DNA from: Victivallales bacterium
GTDB taxonomy: Bacteria > Verrucomicrobiota > Lentisphaeria > Victivallales > UBA1829
Direction: 5' to 3'
Assembly (NCBI GenBank): GCA_045612485.1
Contig: JAZKZE010000067.1
Location: forward strand, 1 to 61,886
DNA: 61,886 nucleotides
Position 1 is the first letter of the stretch, and each line of letters begins with the position of its first letter. This document shows positions 9,679 through 17,545 of this stretch, piece after piece. Both the position numbers and the translations under genes were made by a program. The notes below the pieces were generated by a model. It was not told the DNA's origin. It worked only from the letters and a program-made list of their open reading frames with translations, and did not search any database.

Positions 9679-10806
9679 ATGGGTAAGTTATACTTTTTTA
9701 CAGGAACGGAAGAGTTTTCCGTAAAGGAACGTGCCGGGGATTTCATCCGGGAACTTTTCGGCGATGTGCCGGAGGAAAATGATTCACTGGAGATCATACA
9801 GGGGGATAATGCAGATGAAAAATATTCCGCTGTTCTGGATAAGTTTATCACCTCTGTCGAGACCCCGCCATTTCTCACACCTTCCAAAACTGTATGGCTC
9901 AAGCATTTCAATAAATTTGACGATGCACTTGATGAACCTTCCAACAAGAAAAAGAAAAGCCGTATCGACACCATTTCCGATTTTCTCAAAGACGGGTTTT
10001 ATGATGATATGACCATCGTTATCGACGGAACCGGGCTGGACAGAAGAAAGGCCTTCTTCAAACTTTGTGAAAAAGTCTGTGCCTCCTCCGGAGGGAAGAT
10101 GGAATGGTTCGATAAGATCGATGCCAAAGATAAAAGTGCGGCAATGCTCCTTTATAAAAGGATCAAGGAGATGGCGGATTCTTACGGGAAACGCATTGAC
10201 GAAGGCGCTGTAAATTTTCTTACGGAAACGGTGGGAAGTGATATTCCCCGGTTGAAAAATGAGATAGGCAAACTCTCTTCCTATGCCGGAGAGTCGCCCG
10301 TGATCACGCTGGCGGATTGCCGGGAGATATGCAGCAGGAGTCAGGAAACGTTAAGCTGGGAATTTTCCTCCGCCCTTGCGGAACGCAATGCGGCAGAGGC
10401 GATCAGTCTTATCCCGGGGATCATCGAAACACTGGAACAGGAAAAAAGTTCCTCATCTTCCGCCGAGATCGCTATCCTTTATGCGGCAAATTCCGAATTT
10501 CAGAGACTTCTTGCCGCAAAATGTGAAAGTATCCGTTTTTCCATTCCGCCCCATGCCAATTACAACTATTTCAAAGATCTTTGCGAAACACAGAAACGCA
10601 ATGATCCCGGCAATCCCCTCTTTTCCATGCACCCCTTCCGTGCCTTCAAAGCCTGGGAAAATTCCTGCCGCTTTACGGATGTGGAAATGGCGGATGCGTT
10701 CAATGCCATCCTTCATGCGTCAAAGCAGATGGTGACAGGGGGCGATCCCAGACTGGCTCTGGAACACCTTGTGACAAAAATAGCAGGAAAACCTAAAAAA
10801 GTATAA
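9679..10806 (+). CDS. holA: DNA polymerase III delta subunit
   Basis: LYFFTGTEEF, TPPFL..KTVWLK, GSD..RLKNEIGKL..Y, MHPF, C-terminal PRLALEHLV. Confidence 0.82.
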   Translation: MGKLYFFTGTEEFSVKERAGDFIRELFGDVPEENDSLEIIQGDNADEKYSAVLDKFITSVETPPFLTPSKTVWLKHFNKFDDALDEPSNKKKKSRIDTISDFLKDGFYDDMTIVIDGTGLDRRKAFFKLCEKVCASSGGKMEWFDKIDAKDKSAAMLLYKRIKEMADSYGKRIDEGAVNFLTETVGSDIPRLKNEIGKLSSYAGESPVITLADCREICSRSQETLSWEFSSALAERNAAEAISLIPGIIETLEQEKSSSSSAEIAILYAANSEFQRLLAAKCESIRFSIPPHANYNYFKDLCETQKRNDPGNPLFSMHPFRAFKAWENSCRFTDVEMADAFNAILHASKQMVTGGDPRLALEHLVTKIAGKPKKV

Positions 10807-10848
10807 AAATACAAATACATATATTTATGAAGTGAGAAAGAAATAAAA

Positions 10849-11988
10849 ATGTTGAAGATCATTGCTGATGACAAGATCCCTTTTCTGAGAGGGGTTCTGG
10901 AGCCTTTTGCTGAGGTGGAATACCTTCCGGGAAAGGATCTCACAAAGGAGAAGGTAAAAGATATTGATGGAATCATTACCCGTACACGGACAAAATGTAA
11001 AAAAGAACTTCTGGAAGGAAGCAAAGTAAAGATCATTGCTTCTGCCACCATAGGATATGATCATATTGATACCTTGTGGTGTGAAGAAAATAATATCGTA
11101 TGGAAAAATGCCCCCGGATGCAACTCTTCCTCTGTGATGCAGTATATGGCTTCTTTGCTTCTGCATTTTGCTGTCCGCAACAATATTTCCCTTGCCGGAA
11201 AGACTCTGGGAGTCATCGGGGTGGGAAATGTTGGCAGAAAGGTTGCCGCACTGGGCAGAATTTTCGGAATGAATGTATTGTGCAATGACCCGCCCAGAGC
11301 AAGAAAAGAAGGGAAAGAAGGTTTTGCGGAACTGGACGAGATCATAAAAAAATCGGATTTTATCTCTTTCCATGTTCCCCTCATTGAAGAAGGGAAAGAC
11401 CGGACTTTTCACTATGCAGATGAAAAATTCTTTTCCGCACTGGAAAAAGACGGGAAAAGACCCTTTCTCATCAATGCCTCCCGGGGGGAAGTGGTGGATA
11501 ATGTCCTGCTGAAAAAAGTTCTGAAGGAGAAAAAGATCCTTTGCGGAGCGGCTTTGGATGTATGGGAAAATGAACCGGAACTGGATTTGGAATTGCTGAA
11601 ACTCACGGATTTTGCCACGCCTCATATTGCCGGATATTCTCTGGATGGAAAGGCAAACGGAACAAGTATGAGTGTTCAGGAGATCGCAAAATATTTTTCT
11701 CTGCCTCTTACGGATTTTTATCCGGAAAGTCTGCCTGTGCCGGAAAACGCTTTTATTGAGCTTTCCGGGGAGGGCGGCGGAAAAGCGGAGGAGATATTAC
11801 TGGAATGTATGGATCGCTCCTACAATATTCTGGAAGATGATAAAAGATTGCGGGAAAGTCCGGAAACATTTGAAAAACAGAGAGGGTCATATCCTTTCCG
11901 CAGGGAAATGGTTGCATATACGGTAAAAAATGCTCCGGATTCTGTTAAAGAAAGTTTGATAAAACTTGGATTTACTGTTTCAGATTGA
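10849..11988 (+). CDS. pdxB: Erythronate-4-phosphate dehydrogenase
   Basis: KIIADDKIP, ATIGYDHID, NAPGCN, GVGNVG, INASRG, LDVWENEP, TPHIAGYS.DGK; C-terminal FEKQR..YPFRRE. Confidence 0.92.
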   Translation: MLKIIADDKIPFLRGVLEPFAEVEYLPGKDLTKEKVKDIDGIITRTRTKCKKELLEGSKVKIIASATIGYDHIDTLWCEENNIVWKNAPGCNSSSVMQYMASLLLHFAVRNNISLAGKTLGVIGVGNVGRKVAALGRIFGMNVLCNDPPRARKEGKEGFAELDEIIKKSDFISFHVPLIEEGKDRTFHYADEKFFSALEKDGKRPFLINASRGEVVDNVLLKKVLKEKKILCGAALDVWENEPELDLELLKLTDFATPHIAGYSLDGKANGTSMSVQEIAKYFSLPLTDFYPESLPVPENAFIELSGEGGGKAEEILLECMDRSYNILEDDKRLRESPETFEKQRGSYPFRREMVAYTVKNAPDSVKESLIKLGFTVSD

Positions 11989-12004
11989 GAAAGGAAAGAA
12001 AAAA

Positions 12005-12553
12005 ATGGGGAAACTCTGGAAAAAATGTAAAAAGATGATGCATAAAATCTATATGAAGGCTGTTACGGACAAAGGTACACCCGAATATATTGCAAGAGGC
12101 TGGGCTCTCGGGGTTTTTATCGGCTTTCTGATTCCCTTCGGCTTGCAGCTTATGTGTTCCATACCTCTTTCCTTTCTGCTGAAAGGCTCCAAACTCGGGG
12201 CGATCGTGGGGACATTTGTTACCAATCATGTGACCATTATCGTCATTTATCCGGTACAGTGTTTTATCGGCAACAAACTTATCGGCGGAAGTCTTACTTT
12301 TGCCCATCTGGAAGAACAGATGAAAGAGGTGATCATCCGGCAGGAATATAAAGTATTGCTCTCTCTGGGCTGGGAGATCGTGATCTCCTTTTTTGCCGGA
12401 GGATTGCTCTTTGCCGTGATCGGCGCCCCTATTGCCTATTACGGTGTAAAGGCAATGGTCAACCGTTACCGTGTCATGCGGGAAAAACGTAAAGTAGCAA
12501 AAAGGATGGGGCAGCTTGCCAAAGATGCCCCGACAGATGAAATAAAAAAATGA
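12005..12553 (+). CDS. DUF2062-family membrane protein
   Basis: TPEYIARGWALGVFIG..PFG.Q, TFVTN..T; transmembrane helices. Confidence 0.8.
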   Translation: MGKLWKKCKKMMHKIYMKAVTDKGTPEYIARGWALGVFIGFLIPFGLQLMCSIPLSFLLKGSKLGAIVGTFVTNHVTIIVIYPVQCFIGNKLIGGSLTFAHLEEQMKEVIIRQEYKVLLSLGWEIVISFFAGGLLFAVIGAPIAYYGVKAMVNRYRVMREKRKVAKRMGQLAKDAPTDEIKK

Positions 12554-14640
12554 ATCATACGGAAAATACAAAAATCCATTTAAGTGATTTTCTGCACAAA
12601 GGAGCCTTTGTCCACTTTATCGGCTGCGGTGGGGCAGGTACGATGCCCCTGCTGAAGATCTTTTCCGAACTGGGGTTTGCTGTGTCCGGGTCGGATATGG
12701 CGGAAAGTCCGGCAATGGCTTTACTGGAAAAGTCAGGCTTTACGGTTTACTGCGGACATAAAAAAGAGAATCTTCCTCCGGCAGAAGGAAAAGATCTTCT
12801 TGTGATTTACAGTTCCGCAATCAAAAAAGATAATCCTGAACTTCTTGAAGCAAAGAAACGTGCGGCTCAATGTATTCTCCGCGGTGAGGCTCTGGGGCTT
12901 GTTGCAGAGCTTTTTCCCACAGTAATTGCTGTAAGCGGGACCCACGGCAAGACAAGCATCAGCAGTATGATCGTACATATTCTGGAAAGAGCCGGTTTTT
13001 CTCCCGCTTATCTGATCGGCGGAAATCTTCCCGGAAAAACATGGAACGGTTCTGCCGGAAACAAAGAGATCTTTGTATGTGAAGCAGATGAAAGTGACGG
13101 GACGCATACTGCCATCCATGCCTCCTGTGCAGTGGTGAGCAATATTGAAGACGATCATGTATGGAATTTTGCAAATGAAGGGGTATTGCTGGATAATTTC
13201 CGTTCATTTGCCTTTTCCGCCTCCCGTCTTGTTTATAATGCCGGGGAAAAAACGGATCTTCTCTATGAGGGGAAGCACCCGGATTTCTGCCGGATAAGCG
13301 GAGAAGATAGAGAAGAGATTTCTTGCAGAAAATGGTTGCGGCATTTTCCCCTTTATCAGAAGGAAAATGCTTTTCTTGCGGCAAAATGTGCGGAAAAGTG
13401 TTTGCAGATCCCCTGTTTGAAAGCGTTGGAGTATCTTGCGGATTTTGCCGGAGTGGGCAGACGCCTTACTTTGCATTATGAAGGATTGGAATATACCCTT
13501 ATTGAAGATTATGCCCATCATCCCACGGAAGTGGCGGCAAGTCTGCGGTCAGTAAGAGAGATGTATCCTGAATGTGATTTGCACCTTGTTTTCCAACCTC
13601 ACCGTTATGCAAGACTGGAACGGTATTTTGAAGAGTTTTCCCATGAACTGGGAAGAAAGGAATATTCCCCGGATAAAGTATATATTGCTCCTGTTTTTGC
13701 CGCATGGTCGGAATCAGGAAAGATGGGGGCACAAGAGCTTGTTTCTTCTGTGGGGGAAAAGGCGGAACTTCTTGCCGGATCATGGGAAAATATGGCGGAA
13801 AAAGTCCTCCTTTCTGTAAAGGAAACAGAAAAGACTCAACAGAAGAAAAGAAAAGTCATTGCCGTTCTGGGGGCAGGGGATATAATAAAGATCCTTCCTT
13901 TTCTGGAAGAACCGTTGAAAAAAATGGATATGGGGGAAAAGACCGGTGCTGTGATCGCTGCCGGAGGCTCCTCCAGCCGTTACGGGGCAAAAAACAAACT
14001 TTTTGAGGAACTGGACTCTCTGCCGGTTTTTCTCCATTGTCTGAAAAATTTTGTTCCTTATCTGCCTTCCGGACATGTTGTTCTGACAGTGCCTGCCGCC
14101 TTGAAGGAAGATTTTGCCCTTCTCCTTGAAAAGTATGCTTATCTTTTCAAAGGGAAAAAAGTCCTTCTTGCGTTGGGGGGCAGCTGCCGGGAGGAATCGG
14201 TTTATAACGGGATAAAAGTATTGCCGGAAGAGTGCCGCTATATCGCTGTACATGATGCAGCCCGTCCTTTTGCAGAACGCACTCTTCTTCTGGAAACGGT
14301 TTGCGGGGCGGAAAAATACGGCGGAAGTATTGCCGCAAGGAAAGTAACCGATACCATCAAGGAAACGGATGAAAAAGGGCTTGTGGCAAGAACGGTTCCC
14401 CGGGAAAATCTGTGGGCGGTGCAAACTCCCCAGACCTTCCGTAAAGATATATTGCTTGAGGCGTTCCGTAAGGGAAAGGATGAATTGAAAAAGTTTACCG
14501 ATGATTCCTCCCTTGTGGAAACATTTACTTGCTGTAAAGTGGGAATAACGGAGACAGTGAGACCCAATATAAAAGTGACCTACCCGGAAGATCTGCTTTT
14601 TGCTCAAATGCTGCTTTCTGCAAAGACGGAAAACCGTTAA
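12550..14640 (+). CDS. murC: Fusion of UDP-N-acetylmuramate--L-alanine ligase (MurC) and 2-C-methyl-D-erythritol 4-phosphate cytidylyltransferase (IspD)
   Basis: MurC: HFIGCGGAG, GTHGKTS, EADESDG, DYAHHPTE, FQPHRY. IspD: AAGGSSSRYG..NK, HDAARP, VQTPQTF, TDDSSLVE, NIKVTYPEDL. Confidence 0.9.
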   Translation: MNHTENTKIHLSDFLHKGAFVHFIGCGGAGTMPLLKIFSELGFAVSGSDMAESPAMALLEKSGFTVYCGHKKENLPPAEGKDLLVIYSSAIKKDNPELLEAKKRAAQCILRGEALGLVAELFPTVIAVSGTHGKTSISSMIVHILERAGFSPAYLIGGNLPGKTWNGSAGNKEIFVCEADESDGTHTAIHASCAVVSNIEDDHVWNFANEGVLLDNFRSFAFSASRLVYNAGEKTDLLYEGKHPDFCRISGEDREEISCRKWLRHFPLYQKENAFLAAKCAEKCLQIPCLKALEYLADFAGVGRRLTLHYEGLEYTLIEDYAHHPTEVAASLRSVREMYPECDLHLVFQPHRYARLERYFEEFSHELGRKEYSPDKVYIAPVFAAWSESGKMGAQELVSSVGEKAELLAGSWENMAEKVLLSVKETEKTQQKKRKVIAVLGAGDIIKILPFLEEPLKKMDMGEKTGAVIAAGGSSSRYGAKNKLFEELDSLPVFLHCLKNFVPYLPSGHVVLTVPAALKEDFALLLEKYAYLFKGKKVLLALGGSCREESVYNGIKVLPEECRYIAVHDAARPFAERTLLLETVCGAEKYGGSIAARKVTDTIKETDEKGLVARTVPRENLWAVQTPQTFRKDILLEAFRKGKDELKKFTDDSSLVETFTCCKVGITETVRPNIKVTYPEDLLFAQMLLSAKTENR

Positions 14641-14670
14641 AATATTTTACAGGGAAAAAGCAGTTTTGAG

Positions 14671-15576
14671 TTATCCTTCCGGATGTTTTTCCGCTTCCGG
14701 AGGATAGGCAAGGGGATTTATGGATCCCACCTTCTTGCGGTAGGAGAGAGGGGATAATCCCATAAGGGCTTTGAAACGGCGGGAAAAATGATATTGGTCC
14801 TGATAGCCGAATTTTTCCGAGATCTCACGGATGCCGCAATCGGAACGGATGAGAAAATCCGCCGCCTGCGTCACTTTCAGTCTGTCCACATATAATTTAG
14901 GCAGAACTCCTGTTTTTTTCAGGAAGATCCTCCGCATCTGATCCACACTTAAATTGCACATGTCTGCCATTTCTTTTACGCTCCACCATTTTTCCGGATT
15001 TGACTGGATGTTCTGTAAAAGTTCATCCAGAAGGGTATTTTCCCCGATGAAGTGTTTTCTGTTTTCAAAATAGATGTCTGTTAAAAGTTTCTGCAATTCG
15101 ATGTTTGCCCTGATCTGGGAGTCAACGGAAGGGGAGGAGGCATATTCCAGAATGGGCAACAGTTTCCTGATCCTGCCCATGTGATATACTCCGGAGGAAA
15201 GAACGGATGAACGCATGAGCATATCTGCCACCGGACCGCAGAAATTGATACAGTCTTCACAGTAGGATTCATCCGCCCATCCGCCGTACCGGTTGAGAAT
15301 ACGGGGCGTGACAATAATACAGTCTCCTGCATATACATCCTGTTCCCTGTCCGGTTCCAGCCATACTCTGCCGTGACCGGCGTACATATGGGAAAGAGAG
15401 TAGAACTGGAAATACCTTTTTTCGCAATTCCTGTAGGAATTTACCGGCGTACGGAAGGAGGAGCCGCCTCTTATGATCCAGAGTCCGTAGGTCTTGTGGA
15501 TCTCCAGTTGACCTTTGGAGGGCAGATAATGGATGTTATGCTTTTTTTTGTCATCTATCATGCGTTTTTTATCCAT
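14671..15576 (-). CDS. AraC-family transcriptional regulator
   Basis: N-terminal cupin; C-terminal double HTH (MADMCNLS..RRIF..G..P, GYQDQYHFSRRFK..G.SP..YR); divergent from a sugar operon. Confidence 0.92.
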   Translation of the reverse strand: MDKKRMIDDKKKHNIHYLPSKGQLEIHKTYGLWIIRGGSSFRTPVNSYRNCEKRYFQFYSLSHMYAGHGRVWLEPDREQDVYAGDCIIVTPRILNRYGGWADESYCEDCINFCGPVADMLMRSSVLSSGVYHMGRIRKLLPILEYASSPSVDSQIRANIELQKLLTDIYFENRKHFIGENTLLDELLQNIQSNPEKWWSVKEMADMCNLSVDQMRRIFLKKTGVLPKLYVDRLKVTQAADFLIRSDCGIREISEKFGYQDQYHFSRRFKALMGLSPLSYRKKVGSINPLAYPPEAEKHPEG

Positions 15577-15675
15577 TTTATATTTTTGTTTCAAGTGTAA
15601 ATTTAATACAGTAAACAGGAATTGCAAGTAATTTTTTAACAAAAAACAAAAAACAAAAACACAAAAGGAATCAAA

Positions 15676-16521
15676 ATGAAAATCGGTGCCCTTTCCTCCT
15701 CTTTGAGAAAGCCCTTCCCCGTGATGCTGAAAAAGTATGCCCAAATGGGGTTACAGGGAATCCAGGTACTTGCTGAACCGGAATTTCTGGTGGCAGATGA
15801 TGCCCGGCTCGCTGCTTACAAAGCAATGATCGACCAGTACGGACTTACCGTTTCCGCTGTATGCGGGGATGTTTGCCGGACACATTTTTCCGTGGAACTG
15901 GAATGGGAAGACCGTGTAAGAGTGCATAAACATGTTGTGGATCTTGCTGCCAAACTGGATTCCCATATCATTACCACCCATATCGGAGTAGTTCCTGAAG
16001 ATAAAAACGATCCGGTCTATGAGATGATGGCAAAATCCCTGAAAGCTGCGGCAGAATATTCAGCTTCCAGAGGTTCTGTCCTTGCTGTGGAAACCGGACC
16101 GGAAAAGGCGGAAACACTTTGCCAGCTTCTGGATGATATCGATTCCAAAGGTATCGGGGTGAATCTCGATCCTGCCAACTTGCGTATGGTCGCCTGTGTG
16201 GATGCTGCTCACGCTGTGAAAGTTTTGGGCAGATATATCGTTCATACCCATGCCAAAGACGGGATCAATATTTTTCCCGGTTCCCCTGCAGCAACATACG
16301 GGATCATTGAATTGGACGGTTCCAGAAGAAAATTTGCCGAAGAACGTTCCCAGTATAAAGAAGTTCCCCTGGGAGAAGGTCAGGTGGAATGGGATCCCTA
16401 CCTTGCCGCTTTGAAAGAAGCCGGTTTTGACGGATTCCTTACCATTGAACGGGAATGTGGTGAAGATCCCGAAGGGGATATCCTCAAGGCTTATAACTTC
16501 CTGAAAAGCAAAATCTCCTGA
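15676..16521 (+). CDS. Sugar phosphate isomerase/epimerase (xylose-isomerase-like TIM barrel)
   Basis: AVETGPE, NLDPAN, HTHAKD, LGEG.V.W, LTIERE. Confidence 0.9.
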   Translation: MKIGALSSSLRKPFPVMLKKYAQMGLQGIQVLAEPEFLVADDARLAAYKAMIDQYGLTVSAVCGDVCRTHFSVELEWEDRVRVHKHVVDLAAKLDSHIITTHIGVVPEDKNDPVYEMMAKSLKAAAEYSASRGSVLAVETGPEKAETLCQLLDDIDSKGIGVNLDPANLRMVACVDAAHAVKVLGRYIVHTHAKDGINIFPGSPAATYGIIELDGSRRKFAEERSQYKEVPLGEGQVEWDPYLAALKEAGFDGFLTIERECGEDPEGDILKAYNFLKSKIS

Positions 16522-16540
16522 CAGGGAAAGGAATAAAAAA

Positions 16541-17545
16541 ATGGCGAAAAAGATCAAATGCGCCCTGATCGGTTACGGGGGAATGGGTCACTTTCATGCC
16601 GCCCAGTATGCCAAACAGAAATATGTGGAACTTGTAGCGATCTGTGACAGTAATCCGGAAAAATTCAAAGAAAAAGAAGCCGAGATCAATCTGGGGAAAA
16701 GCGGAAAAAGTGAACTTGGCAATATCACTTACTGCACCTCCTATGAGGAACTTGTTTCCAAAGTGGAATTTGATATGCTGGATATTTGTCTTCCCTGTCC
16801 CCTTCATGCGGAATATGCTATCCGTGCCATGAAAGACGGGTACCATGTCCTTTGTGAAAAGCCTATGGCACGCACGTCTGCTGATGCGGCAAAAATGATC
16901 GCAACATCCAGAAAGACCGGGAAAAAACTGATGATCGCCCAGTGTCTGCGCTTTGCCAATAATTTCCGGAAGATCAAGGAGCTTTTTGATTCCGGTAAAT
17001 ACGGGCGTCTTCTGCGTCTGGATATGCGTCGTAACGGCGGACTGCCAAAACAGGCATGGTACCGTGATCCTGCCCGGAGCGGCGGGGCACTTCTGGATCT
17101 GCATCTGCATGATACCGACTTTATCCAGCATATGCTCGGCGTTCCTGAAAAGGTGATGACATTCGGTATTGAACGGACTACCGGCGGTATTGACGATTTG
17201 ATGAGTAATTATATTTATGCGGACGGCGGGCCGAAAGTAAGTTCGGAAGGTTCCTGGTGCCGCGCCTCCTGGCATTCCAGTACGGTAGCTGTGTTTGAAA
17301 AGGCAACGGTGGATTTCTGTGAGGACGGGGTGAGAGTTTGTGAGGTTGACAAAGACCCGGAAGTTATTAAAGTATCAGCCAAACCCAATCCCTACTTTAA
17401 TGAGATCGCGTATTTTTCCGAATGTATTGTGAAAAATAAAGATGTGGAAGTATGTACACCTGAAAGTACACGTCTTTCCATTGTGATTGCGGAAGCGGAG
17501 GAAAAATCCGCCCGTACCGGAAAGATCGTTGCTGTAAAGAAATAA
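16541..17545 (+). CDS. Gfo/Idh/MocA oxidoreductase
   Basis: IGYGGMG..H, VLCEKPMA, SGGALLDLHLHD. Confidence 0.92.
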   Translation: MAKKIKCALIGYGGMGHFHAAQYAKQKYVELVAICDSNPEKFKEKEAEINLGKSGKSELGNITYCTSYEELVSKVEFDMLDICLPCPLHAEYAIRAMKDGYHVLCEKPMARTSADAAKMIATSRKTGKKLMIAQCLRFANNFRKIKELFDSGKYGRLLRLDMRRNGGLPKQAWYRDPARSGGALLDLHLHDTDFIQHMLGVPEKVMTFGIERTTGGIDDLMSNYIYADGGPKVSSEGSWCRASWHSSTVAVFEKATVDFCEDGVRVCEVDKDPEVIKVSAKPNPYFNEIAYFSECIVKNKDVEVCTPESTRLSIVIAEAEEKSARTGKIVAVKK

